Shown one piece after another: positions 24,420 through 36,972 of a DNA stretch of 64,000 nucleotides (positions are counted from its first letter, which is position 1; each line of letters opens with the position of its first letter). Source of the stretch: Macrostomum hystrix (taxonomy: Eukaryota > Animalia > Platyhelminthes); NCBI GenBank assembly GCA_950097015.1, contig CATNEN010000024.1:5084001-5148000 (forward strand). Reading direction: 5' to 3'. Below the pieces are notes generated by a model. That model ran no database searches. It was not told where the DNA came from and was given only the letters and a program-made list of their open reading frames with translations. The position numbers and the translations under genes are program-made.

Positions 24420-25996
24420 ATCTGACCCCTTTGCCTCTGGTCTGCTGGCTGGCATTTGACCCCTCTGCCTCTGGTCTGCTGGCTGGCATTTGACTGCCTC
24501 TGGTCTGCTGGCTGGCATTTGACCCCTCTGCCTCTGGTCTGCTGGCTGGCATTTGACCCCTCTGCCTCTGGTCTGCTGGCTGGCATTTGACTGCCTCTGG
24601 TCTGCTGGCTGGCATTTGACCCCTCTGCCTCTGGTCTGCTGGCTGGCATTTGACTGCCTCTGGTCTGCTGGCCTTTGACTCCTCTGCCTCTGGTCTGCTG
24701 GCTGGCATTTGACCCCCTCTGCCTTTGGTCTGCTGGCCTTTGACCCCTCTGCCTGTGGTCTGCTGGCTGGCATTTGACCCCTCTGCCTCTGGTCTGCTGG
24801 CCTTTGACCCCTCTGCCTTTGGTCTGCTGGCCTTTGACCCCTCTGCCTTTGGTCTGCTGGCCTTTGACCCCTCTGCCTCTGGTCTGCTGGCCTTTGACCC
24901 CTCTGCCTTTGGTCTGCTGGCCTTTGACCCCTCTGCCTTTGGTCTGCTGGCCTTTGACACCTCTCCCTCTGGTCTGCTGGCCTTTGACACCTCTCCCTCT
25001 GGTCTGCTGGCCTTTGACACCTCTCCCTCTGGTCTGTTGGCCTTTGACACCTCTCCCTCTGGTCTGTTGGCCTTTGACACCTCTCCCTCTGGTCTGTTGG
25101 CCTTTGACACCTCTCCCTCTGGTCTGTTGGCCTTTGACACCTCTCCCTCTGGTCTGCTGGCCTTTGACACCTCTCCCTCTGGTCTGTTGGCCTTTGACAC
25201 CTCTCCCTCTGGTCTGTTGGCCTTTGACACCTCTCCCTCTGGTCTGTTGGCCTTTGACACCTCTCCCTCTGGTCTGCTGGCCTTTGACACCTCTCCCTCT
25301 GGTCTGCTGGCCTTTGACACCTCTCCCTCTGGTCTGTTGGCCTTTGACACCTCTCCCTCTGGTCTGTTGGCCTTTGACACCTCTCCCTCTGGTCTGCTGG
25401 CCTTTGACACCTCTCCCTCTGGTCTGCTGGCCTTTGACACCTCTCCCTCTGGTCTGTTGGCCTTTGACACCTCTCCCTCTGGTCTGCTGGCCTTTGACAC
25501 CTCTCCCTCTGGTCTGCTGGCCTTTGACACCTCTCCCTCTGGTCTGCTGGCCTTTGACACCTCTCCCTCTGGTCTGCTGGCCTTTGACACCTCTCCCTCT
25601 GGTCTGTTGGCCTTTGACACCTCTCCCTCTGGTCTGTTGGCCTTTGACACCTCTCCCTCTGGTCTGCTGGCCTTTGACACCTCTCCCTCTGGTCTGCTGG
25701 CCTTTGACCCCCTCGGCCTCTGGTCTGCTGGCCTTTGACACCTCTCCCTCTGGTCTGTTGGCCTTTGACACCTCTCCCTCTGGTCTGCTGGCCTTTGACA
25801 CCTCTCCCTCTGGTCTGTTGGCCTTTGACACCTCTCCCTCTGGTCTGTTGGCCTTTGACACCTCTCCCTCTGGTCTGTTGGCCTTTGACACCTCTCCCTC
25901 TGGTCTGTTGGCCTTTGACACCTCTCCCTCTGGTCTGTTGGCCTTTGACACCTCTCCCTCTGGTCTGCTGGCCTTTGACACCTCTCCCTCTGGTGT
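24420..25996. repeat. 30-bp minisatellite (tggtctgctggcctttgacacctctccctc)
   Basis: About 52 units between the PARP and ANKS1-like genes. Confidence 0.96.
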
Positions 25997-26539
25997 TGTG
26001 TCTTGTCTCTAAAGTGCACTAAAAGCCTTAAAACACACTTAGTCACATGGTCTGTCGCGCTGTTTATTCGCATGCTGTTGTGTGCCATTTTGAATTTGGC
26101 CTAGTTCAAAGCGGCACCCAATAAACCCGACTAAAGTAGCACTAATGTGCGAACAATTTCAAGCATAGAAATAAATAAATAAAATATTTAAATATCTCTA
26201 TGTGTGTTCTGTCTTTTACTTTTAGCCAACCAATTGGCGCGCTCTATTGGGGCCAGGGATGGGGTTGGCCGATTGCACATATTTTATTATAGCCAGCTCA
26301 CAGACTGTGCACAATATCTGTCCATATCTGTTCAAGTAGGTAGCGATATCTGATAGTATACGAACTACCAGCAGCGTAAGTTAAAACAATTGACTATACT
26401 TATTCAACCTTGAAGCATTTCATGTGTCTGCTGCCTCTGTTAAGCTGACTTGCTGTTGGATCATGCCATTGCGATTTAGTGTCACCCACAAATTCATTAT
26501 ATCTCCTATCTCTCATATCCCTTGCTCCACTCTCACCAC

Positions 26540-28860
26540 CATCTCCCTCCTCTCCCGTGTCCCCTATCTCCCTCCTCTCCCGTGTCCCCTATCTCCCTCC
26601 TTTCCCGTGTCTCCTATCTCCCTCCTCTCCCGTGTCCCCTATCTCCCTCCTCTCCCGTGTCCCCTATCTCCCTCCTCTCCCGTGTCCCCTATCTCCCTCC
26701 TTTCCCGTGTCTCCTATCTCCCTCCTCTCCCGTGTCCCCTATCTCCCTCCTTTCCCGTGTCTCCTATCTCCCTCCTCTCCCGTGTCCCCTATCTCCCTCC
26801 TTTCCCGTGTCTCCTATCTCCCTCCTCTCCCGTATCCCCTATCTCCCTCCTCTCCCGTGTCCCCTATCTCCCTCCTTTCCCGTGTCTCCTATCTCCCTCC
26901 TCTCCCGTATCCCCTATCTCCCTCCTCTCCCGTGTCCCCTATCTCCCTCCTTTCCCGTGTCTCCTATCTCCCTCCTCTCCCGTGTCCCCTATCTCCCTCC
27001 TTTCCCGTGTCTCCTATCTCCCTCCTCTCCCGTGTCCCCTATCTCCCTCCTTTCCCGTGTCTCCTATCTCCCTCCTCTCCCGTGTCTCCTATCTCCCTCC
27101 TCTCCCGTGTCCCCTATCTCCCTCCTTTCCCGTGTCTCCTATCTCCCTCCTCTCCCGTATCTCCTATCTCCCTCCTTTCCCGTGTCTCCTATCTCCCTCC
27201 TCTCCTGTGTCCCCTATCTCCCTCCTCTCCCGTGTCTCCTATCTCCCTCCTCTCCTGTGTCCCCTATCTCCCTCCTCTCCCGTGTCCCCTATCTCCCTCC
27301 TCTCCCGTGTCCCCTATCTCCCTCCTCTCCCGTGTCCCCTATCTCCCTCCTTTCCCGTGTCTCCTATCTCCCTCCTCTCCCGTGTCCCCTATCTCCCTCC
27401 TCTCCCGTGTCCCCTATCTCCCTCCTCTCCCGTGTCCCCTATCTCCCTCCTTTCCCGTGTCCCCTATCTCCCTCCTCTCCCGTGTCCCCTATCTCCCTCC
27501 TTTCCCGTGTCTCCTATCTCCCTCCTCTCCCGTGTCCCCTATCTCCCTCCTCTCCCGTGTCCCCTATCTCCCTCCTTTCCCGTGTCTCCTATCTCCCTCC
27601 TCTCCCGTGTCCCCTATCTCCCTCCTCTCCCGTGTCCCCTATCTCCCTCCTCTCCCGTGTCCCCTATCTCCCTCCTCTCCCGTGTCTCCTATCTCCCTCC
27701 TCTCCCGTGTCCCCTATCTCCCTCCTCTCCCGTGTCCCCTATCTCCCTCCTCTCCCGTGTCCCCTATCTCCCTCCTCTCCCGTGTCTCCTATCTCCCTCC
27801 TCTCCCGTGTCCCCTATCTCCCTCCTTTCCTGTGTCCCCTATCTCCCTCCTCTCCCGTGTCCCCTATCTCCCTCCTCTCCCGTGTCTCCTATCTCCCTCC
27901 TCTCCCGTGTCCCCTATCTCCCTCCTCTCCCGTGTCCCCTATCTCCCTCCTCTCCCGTGTCTCCTATCTCCCTCCTCTCCCGTGTCTCCTATCTCCCTCC
28001 TCTCCCGTGTCCCCTATCTCCCTCCTCTCCCGTGTCCCCTATCTCCCTTCTTTCCTGTGTCCCCTATCTCCCTCCTTTCCCGTGTTCCCTATCTCCCTCC
28101 TTTCCCGTGTCTCCTATCTCCCTCCTTTCCCGTGTCCCCTATCTCCCTCCTCTCCCGTGTCTCCTATCTCCCTCCTCTCCCGTGTCTCCTATCTCCCTCC
28201 TCTCCCGTGTCCCCTATCTCCCTCCTCTCCCGTGTCTCCTATCTCCCTCCTCTCCCGTGTCTCCTATCTCCCTCCTCTCCCGTGTCCCCTATCTCCCTCC
28301 TCTCCCGTGTCTCCTATCTCCCTCCTCTCCCGTGTCCCCTATCTCCCTCCTCTCCCGTGTCTCCTATCTCCCTCCTCTCCCGTGTCTCCTATCTCCCTCC
28401 TCTCCCGTGTCCCCTATCTCCCTCCTCTCCCGTGTCCCCTATCTCCCTTCTTTCCTGTGTCCCCTATCTCCCTCCTTTCCCGTGTTCCCTATCTCCCTCC
28501 TTTCCCGTGTCTCCTATCTCCCTCCTTTCCCGTGTCCCCTATCTCCCTCCTTTCCCGTGTCTCCTATCTCCCTCCTCTCCCGTATCCCCTATCTCCCTCC
28601 TTTCCCGTGTCCCCTATCTCCCTCCTCTCCCGTGTCCCCTATCTCCCTCCTCTCCCGTGTCCCCTATCTCCCTTCTTTCCTGTGTCCCCTATCTCCCTCC
28701 TTTCCCGTGTCTCCTATCTCCCTCCTCTCCCGTATCCCCTATCTCCCTCCTTTCCCGTGTCTCCTATCTCCCTCCTTTCCCGTGTCTCCTATCTCCCTCC
28801 TTTCCCGTGTCCCCTATCTCCCATCTCCCTCCTCTTTCGTGTCCCCTATCTCCCTTCTCT
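26540..28860. repeat. 25-bp pyrimidine-rich minisatellite (atctccctcctctcccgtgtcccct), ~92 units
   Basis: Direct tandem copies. Confidence 0.97.
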
Positions 28861-29311
28861 CTCGTATACGAAGCGGAGGTCATGTGTTAGCAGAAACAGC
28901 CTAGCTACTATTTCCTGCATGTTCTTATCTTGTCTAGGGGTGTATATAGATTAGTGCAATTTGCATCACTGCTTGGAGTGCTAAGCTGCTAGCTAACGGT
29001 GGAAACTCCACCTGCATGCTGCAGTTTAAGTGGATAGCCAAGTAATTTAGTACTGATAATGAATTCGCATTTCCTTTCCTGACTGCCAACACGTCTCCTA
29101 TTAGGCTCGATGCGCAGATAAGCTAGCGCGTGCTGGACCAGGTGAACACACTCGCAAACATTCGCCACGTGAATTTCTGAAGTTGCTTAGTGGACAAATT
29201 AAGCTCTCTCTGTTGATTAATAAACTACCGTAGCAAATATTTACTTCATCTCATAAATCAAAATTGAATAAATTGATTTCAATTCAATCAATTGCACGAT
29301 CCAATGGATTG

Positions 29312-29655
29312 AATAGAATGGATTTCTAATCTATCCCATGGATGGAGGAATAGAATGGATTTCTAATCTATCCCATGGATGGAGGAATAGAATGGATTGC
29401 TAATCTATCCCATGGATGGAGGAATAGAATGGATTGCTAATCTATCCCATGGATGGAGGAATAGAATGGATTGCTAATCTATCCCATAGATGAAGGAATA
29501 GAATGGACTGCTAATCTATCCCATGGATGAAGGAATAGAATGGATTGCTAATCTATCCCATGGATGAAGGAATAGAATGGATTGCTAATCTATCTCATAG
29601 ATGAATGAATATAATGGATTGCTAATCTATCCCATGGATGAAGGAATAGAATGGC
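29312..29655. repeat. 37-bp minisatellite (atggattgctaatctatcccatggatggaggaataga)
   Basis: About 9 units. Confidence 0.93.
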
Positions 29656-30344
29656 CAGCTCGTATCCGCCAGCCAAGATCAGAATGCCAAATCAGAGGCC
29701 CACGTAGGCCTGTTGGCCCATGCGCTTTTAGTTCCGAACTTCGTTAAAGAAAACCGGCGTTTAGCTTCCCATTGCGCGTATTCGGAGAGGCCAGGCCAGA
29801 TCACTGAATGCCCTCCAAATCCCACAGCGGTTTTAAAAATCCCTCCAGCCCCAGAAAAATGGCTCGCCCATTGCTCCCCTGGATCTTTACTTTCATCTCC
29901 CGTATCAGCGCAGCCCAGGCCCATGCTGCGGACATGTTTCTACATAGGGAGGAGGGCATAGAGCAGAGGGGATTTTTCTCCCTCCCTCCACCACACTCGA
30001 ATCCTTCGTTCCATCGCTGCTGGCGCTGCATCGCCGTCGGCTGCGGGTCGCCTCCACCTCATCCAATTACCTGTAGGCTGCAGGGGTTTCGCAGCAGTCT
30101 CCTATCGGGTCTCTTTTGGAACAATGTCGGCTGGGTGTGTGTGCCGTACAGTCTGGATTCTGCCAGATATATTACTATATAAGCTATCAGCTCCATTTTG
30201 TCTGCTCTGCTGCAACAGCCACTGGACTGGCTGGCTTGTTCGGTTGCCTAGGTAACGCGAGAGTCAGTCAGTCAGTCACTTAAAAAAATATACTGCCACT
30301 GCTCCGTCTGTTCCACTGCAGGCAGTGACCAAACCGATTGCGTC

Positions 30345-33300
30345 ATGGATGGGCCGAGCGCCTGGGCCGAGGTAAGCTGGAGATAATTTTGTGAGCACAA
30401 ATGTACTCAGAATTTGTTTTGATAGGGATTGCTTTGTTCCATCGATTCGGGAACACACTTGGTGGGGGGGCAATATTTTGTTCCGCTCTGCATTGTACCC
30501 GTTTTCATTTAAATTTTGTGCAGCGATCTTTTCACTGAATTTGCACACGCGCGGTGCGTTTTGCGTGCAGATTTCCGTTCAAAAAAGAATTATTTGGATT
30601 CGATGAATCAGCCATGGGCAGCCATTGCTGTGTAGTCAGCCTCGCTCTCACGGGGGTCACAGCCGCGCGGCAGTTGTCTGCATGGCCAGACATTCTTGTG
30701 TGACGCTGCTAAGTGAAATGGCCCTTGATTCTCTAGCGGCTGGCGACAGGTAACAGAAATTCGGCTGCCAGGTTGGCCCGAATGCGAGCCAGACCTGAAA
30801 AAACGGCCATCGCAACACCAACACCACCGACCGTTGCTATCCGGTTTCTGGGGGGTAGGAAATTGTGGAAATTGAACGAGCCGGAATAGATTTTTATCTT
30901 TGTTGGATATTATTGAATGGCACGTGTTTTCAGTCTTGTCTAGTCCAAAAACGATCTAAAATAAAAACTAAACTCGAGTTCTAGATTTCCTTGTCTGGTC
31001 CTCCGAGGGAGGATTTCCAACAAGTTGTTTTAGCATCTAAAAATAGAAACTAGATTCGAGTATTAGATTTCCTTGTCTGGTCCTCCGAGGGATGATTTCC
31101 AACAAGTTGTTTCAGCATCTAAAAATAGAAACTAGATTCTGGTCTTAGATTTCCTTGTCTGGTCCTCCGAGGGAGGATTTCCAACAAGTTGTTTTAGCAT
31201 CTAAAAATAGAAACTGGATTCGAGTATTAGATTTCCTTGTCTGGTTCTCTGGGGGAGGATTTCCAACAAGTTGTTTTAGGATCTAAAAAAAGAAACTAGA
31301 TTCTAGTATTAGATTTCCTTTTCTGGTCTTCCAGAGGAGAAGTTCAAACAAGTCGTTTAAAAATCTAAAAATAGAAACTAGATTATAGTCTTAGATTTCC
31401 TTGTCTGGTCCTCCGAGGGAGGATTTCCAACAAGTTGTTTTAGCATCTAAAAATAGAAACTAGATTCTGGTCTTAGATTTCCTTGTCTGGTCCTCCGAGG
31501 GAGGATTTCCAACAAGTTGTTTTAGCATCTAAAAATAGAAACTAGATTCTGGTCTTAGATTTCCTTGTCTGGTCCTCTGGGGGAGGATGTCCAACAAGTT
31601 GTTTTAGGATCTAAAAATAGAAACTAGGTTATAGTCTTAGATTTCCTTGTCTGGTCTTCCAGAGGAGAAGTTCAAGCAAGTCTTTAAAAAAACTAAAAAT
31701 AGAAACTAGATTATAGTCTTAGATTTCTTTGTCTGGTCCTCCGGAGGAGGAGTTAAACAATTCTTTTTAAAACAATCGCGAAACCTTCATCAATGCACCC
31801 TCCGCCCAAATGACAGATCGACTCCATCCTGGCCTCCATCGATCCCAACCGGGCCTCGTGGATATCCCAGCTAGAGTCGGCGGCGACAGTGGCGGCAGCG
31901 GCGGCGGGGGGCGACTACCTGCTGGTCGGCCTGGACGACTGGGCAGCCCTGAACAGGTTGGAGGAGGATGTGCTGGCAGCGCTGCTGACTAACGGCTTCG
32001 ACTGCGCTGGATTTGTTGTGAGTGTCCGCCCACAATGCACTGGGACAGACAGCCACTCGCATCTGACACTGATTTCGTGTCTCCCATTGTAGAACGGAGT
32101 TCTCAGCGACGCCGACCTGCAGGAGCTGGGCATGAGATCGGCGACTCAGAGGCGACGAGTGCTAACAGCGGTGCAGGATCTGCCAAGCAGCCTGCCGGAG
32201 GGTGAGCTGGCGTTTGAGAATGGGAGTTGGGATTCGTAGGATACGATCTATTGGAATAGGGGAGATGAGATTTCAATGATATGGGAATAGCGGGGATAGG
32301 ATTTGATGGATATTGAAAGGGGAAGATAGGATTTGATTGATTTTCAAATAATGGAGATGGGATTTGATGGATATTGGAATTGGGGAGATGGAATTTGATG
32401 GATATTGGATTTGGGGAGATGGAATTTGATGGATATTGGAATTGGAGAGATGGAATTTGATGGATATTGGAATTGGGGAGATGGAATTTGATGGATATTG
32501 GAATTGGGGAGATGGAATTTGATGGATATTGGAATTAGGGAGATGGAATTTGATGGATATTTGAATTGGGGAGATGGGATTTGATGGATATTGAAATTGG
32601 GGAGATGGGATTTGATGGATATTGGAATTGGGGAGATGGAATTTGATGGATATTGGATTTGGGGAGATGGAATTTGGTGGATATTGGAATTGGAGAGATG
32701 GAATTTGATGGATATTGGAATTGGGGAGATGGAATTTGATGGATATTGGAATTGGGGAGATGGAATTTGATGGATATTGGAATTAGGGAGATGGAATTTG
32801 ATGGATATTTGAATTGGGGAGATGGGATTTGATGGATATTGAAATTGGGGAGATGGGATTTGATGGATATTGGAATTGGGGAGATGGAATTTGATGGATA
32901 TTGGATTTGGGGAGATGGAATTTGATGGATATTGGAATTGGAGAGATGGAATTTGATGGATATTGGAATTGGGGAGATGGGATTTGATAGATACTGGAAT
33001 CGGGGAGATGGAATTTGATGGATACTGGAATCGGGGAGATGGGATTTGACGATTAGGACGACTAGGGTATTAAGAAGGGAAACCGCAATTATTTTGTTGA
33101 AAAGGGTCAGCGGAACACCCAAGAGCCAGCAAAAGTACAGGCCGCAGTAGCAGCCAGAATGCAAAGGGTTGGTACAGTGATTGTTGGGATTTCGGAAAGA
33201 AAGATCTTGCCGCGCTATCTATGATTGACGCAATGCCTCATGTGTTTCCTTGTTGCTAAGGAAGTTGGTTAACAATGGTGCGATTGCATACAGCCGGCAA

Positions 33301-36300
33301 CTAATATCCCGGAATTCCCCCCTGATCAGGAAGCTATGGCTGGCTGGCCAATGAGACAGGTATTAGGGATCGGATCGAGCATCACAACCGAGCATTAGCG
33401 TCGCCTTGAATGCCCCTATTATAATGCAACGAACTGGATTCTAGTCCTCCGGGAAATCAATAATATGGGTCTAGCGCTGTGGTGGGTCAGGGAAGAAGAC
33501 TGCATTGGGATAATCTGTGATTATGATACTCGTAAGGTAGGAAAATCCTGGATTTAGAAATATTGTGGTTAAGAAACTGTAGGATTCAGATAATCTGTGA
33601 TTCAGGTAATCAAGGATAAGGATAATCTAGGATTAGGATAATCTCGGATAAGGATAATATAGGATTAGGATAATCTCGGATAAGGATAATCTAGGATTAG
33701 GATAATCTCGGATAAGGATAATCTAGGATTATGATTATCTCGGATTAGGATAATCTAGGATGAATATTATCTAGGATTAGGATAATCTAGGATTAGGATA
33801 ATCTAGGACTAGGATAATCTAGGATTGGGATAATCTGGGGTTAGGATAATCTGGATTTGGATAAACTAGGATTAGGGGGAATAAAATGCTCAATAGTAAA
33901 GGACTCGAGAAAGTAGGGATATGATAAGAAACCTCTAATTGAACCCACGCAACAAACCAGCCAGCTAACAGCCAATCACAAACCCTCCAGTGGCTGAGTC
34001 CATCTCAGGCTCCTCCAGCCTGGACTGGCTGCTGCAGCGGCTCTGCCTGACCCGCCAGCTGGGAAAGGAGTTCGCCGCGGCCGCCGTCATCTTCGACGCC
34101 GCTACAGTTGATGATCTGGCCTCGGTGACGGACTCAGAGCTGCGGCTGGTGAGACCGACATTAACTATATTTTATCTTAATATTCCTTCATCCAACTGTT
34201 AGTAGGGATCGAAAAATTGTGCTCGTTTTTTAATCAGCGATTCGGCGTGCATAAGCTTGGACACCGACGCCGAATCGCCTGTTGCCTGGACAGGCTCCGA
34301 GCGCTGCGGCGACTCCGACGACCTCGTCTCGAGCCCGCGCCAGCGCCGCTGCTGCAGCAACCGACGTCTTCGTCATCGTCGACCGCGCTGACTGGCGTCT
34401 ACAACGGCGTCCAGCACGCGCGCCAGAACTCCAATCTGTCCACCCAGTCCGCCTCCTCCGCCACCGCGGCAGCCGCCCGAGCCTCCTCCACCTCCTCCGA
34501 CTCCGCCTCCCATATGGACGAAGATCATTCGTCGCTGGTGGCAGCAGCTTCGGCCGGAATCGCCAACCGACGAAACGTCGTCCGACCGACTGTCCTAGGC
34601 GCTGCTCCAACACAGGCGGCGGGGACAAATCTGAAGACTCAGACGGAGGTGCTGCCGCGCCGAGAGCTACCGGGAATCAGCCGCTCCTGGGTGGCCACGA
34701 CCGGTGGCCGACGATCGCAGGATGTCGGCGCCGAAGACGCAACAGACGCCGGCGCAAAGATTCCTCAGCGGAGCGACTCCTCAGCGGTGCTGCCGCGGTC
34801 ACTTTCAACCGACTGTCTTGACGATGCGGGGAAGAAACGATTGGCATTTCAGCCGCTGATCAGCGAGTCCTGGCCGCACCATCCGGATGTGCTGCTGAGG
34901 GACAGCTTCTCCTACTCAGTGTCCGTGAGTACTGCGGACTGTACATCTACTAATGCGGGAACCCAACAGTATAATAAAATTCCTGGGATTTCCAGGGACT
35001 TCTTTCGGATACATGGGATTTTCTTCGGATACCTGGGATTTTCTTCGGATACCTGGGATTTTCTTCGGATACCTGGGATTTTCTTCGGATACCTGGGATT
35101 TTCTTCGGATACCATTGATTTCCTTCGATTCCTAAGAATTCTGACCATTTTTTGGCTTTCCAATGTATTTATTCTTTTTCTTTGGGATTTTCTCATTATC
35201 CATGTAATTTGTACATGATCAACTGGAGTTTTTCATTGACTCTGAAATTCCAGTGGAACTAAAAAAGATTTTTAAAATAATTTATTAAGCTCTTCTTAAA
35301 CTCAAACCAAGCCTACAATTCTCCGACAAAACCGCCCGCCTGCAGTATCTGGGCTTCCGCCCGCTAGCCGAGCACACGGATCCCGCCGAGACCGCCCAGG
35401 TCATGCTGATGTTTCGCTGCAAGAGCGCCGACATTTTAAAGCTGCCCCGGATACGACTGACTGTCTGCTACCGCGGAGTGAAGTTTATCAATCCGGATAA
35501 CGATGTGAGTCACTGAATTGTGATGGCCTAGTTTGGCCTACTAACGATCTACTAGTAGAAGAGATTGAAGGAACGATTTAAAGCACTAGATAAATTTAGT
35601 CACTTGCTAAAAGGGCACTAATTGCTTCTCTTAGGGGCTAAGATTCGAACTTTCGACCGCTCTGCAAAGCCCTAGCCCTAAGCCCTAGGGGGGTGAGAGC
35701 AGAGCGGTTAGCGTATTTGCCTCCTGCACCAAAGTCCCTGACGAAAGCGGCGAGGCCACATTCATTTGGGGCGCAGCAGACGGAGCTTGGAGGCTTGGAG
35801 GTTTGCCGTGCAATTTACGCCCTTGAGGGCCAACCTCCAAGGCACAGTGAGTGTGTACACTGCCTGAGAATGAGAAAGTCAGGGCAGATGTACACACCTG
35901 TGTGAGCGTATGCCTGCGTACAGTATCTGTGTGCGTGTGTGCTCAGGACTCAGCGAAATGGGCAGAATTGCCTCCTCGCTGGCTGCAGGTCTAGTGTCAA
36001 AAATAATGTGCCGGTTATTGGCGGCAGCCCTATTGCAGTTATTATTTATTATTAGCCCTAATCCTAACCCTAGCCCATTCTACATACACTTTGGCATTAT
36101 CCTACTTACAGTAGCACTATTTGAGAATAGGCAGCACTCAGATTTACATCGCAGTCCGATACCCCCGCAGATGGTGATAACTGAGCACCGCATAACAGAG
36201 ATCTACTTCGCCTGCCAGGACAGCTCTAGGCGGGCGAATTTCGCCTACGTCACCAAGGACAGCGTGAACAGCGTGCACTACTGCCACTGCTTCGCCTCCC

Positions 36301-36761
36301 ACTCGCCTGTGAGTTCCGAATCCTCACCGCTGGATTATTACCAAATAACTCTCAGCCTTGAAAAAATACTAAGGCTTCTCTTTGCTGATGTTTCTGTCGC
36401 TGGGAAAGCCGCGGAAGTTCCGTAGAGGCCATCATAGACTTTCTAAAAATAGTAACAAATCTTTGTAAAACGAGTATGCCTATGTCTTACGGGAAAAATC
36501 GTATGTCCAAATTAACTCTTATTACGAGTACTTCGATAAACTATCCCTGCACTCGTCAGTTACTATTACTACAGTAAATAATATTTTAGGAATATCCCAC
36601 CATAAAAAAAACCGCAGGAGACGGCCGTGCTGATCATCCAGACATTGTCAGAGGCCTGCGGCCTGGCCAATCAGCTGATCGAATTTAACCAGCTGCGTCG
36701 GCGTCAGCTGACGGCCGGAGCGAGGCGGCGCTCAAGTCGAAAGCAGAACAGGCGACCCTGA
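30345..36761 (+). CDS. ANKS1: ANKS1/AIDA-1-like SAM-SAM-PTB adaptor protein, ~540 aa, no ankyrin repeats seen
   Basis: Exons 30345-30371 (MDGPSAWAE, tentative start), 31817-32017, 32093-32201, 33991-34148, 34238-34924, 35346-35504, 36171-36308, 36618-36761, all in phase. SAM1 LDDW...LLTNGFD...DADLQELGM...RRRVL; SAM2 ...FGVHKLGHRRRI; PTB WPHHPDVLL..YLG..VKFI..FAYVTKD..HYCHCF. Confidence 0.8.
30965..31755. repeat. 82-bp tandem repeat, ~9-10 units
   Basis: tagatttccttgtctggtcctccgagggaggatttccaacaagttgttttagcatctaaaaatagaaac unit; ANKS1-like intron. Confidence 0.92.
32262..33050. repeat. 31-bp minisatellite (gatggatattggaattggggagatggaattt)
   Basis: Tandem copies in an ANKS1-like intron. Confidence 0.95.
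33612..33875. repeat. 16-bp minisatellite (ggataatctaggatta)
   Basis: Tandem copies in the same intron as the 31-bp array. Confidence 0.9.
34980..35115. repeat. 20-bp minisatellite (ggatacctgggattttcttc)
   Basis: About 6 units. Confidence 0.88.
35690..36035 (+). mobile_element. SINE family B, copy 2, with a ~130-bp internal insertion (ANKS1-like intron)
   Basis: Near-identical blocks to 21890-22080, interrupted after gtccctga. Confidence 0.72.
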
Positions 36762-36811
36762 CGGCGACAGCCAACTTTTTGATAAGAGTCAGGGGCACGG
36801 CCAGATGAAAT

Positions 36812-36972
36812 CTGATTGGCTAGTCAAGGTTAAGCTGATGCTATTTTTAGAAACTAAATTCTGGGAATACTCAACTTTACCAGGTTAGGCACGTGACTGA
36901 CCTCAGCCAATGAAAATCCTCCGCGGTTTTTCTTTCCATTGGCAACACGTGCACATTTATAAATAGCCAATA
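36812..36972. promoter_or_regulatory. Promoter-like cluster: 4 CCAAT boxes, 2 CACGTG E-boxes, TATA-like element
   Basis: ATTGG 36815, CACGTG 36890, CCAAT 36907, ATTGG 36938, CACGTG 36946, tttataaata 36956, CCAAT 36967. Confidence 0.4.

Noticed and set aside
24404-28954. Multiple 300-830-aa ORFs (collagen-like, Pro/Ser-rich)
   Set aside because: 30-bp and 25-bp minisatellites are open in all frames; artefacts.
29679-30606. Short ORFs upstream of the ANKS1-like start
   Set aside because: No recognisable domain and no phase-compatible splice chain found.
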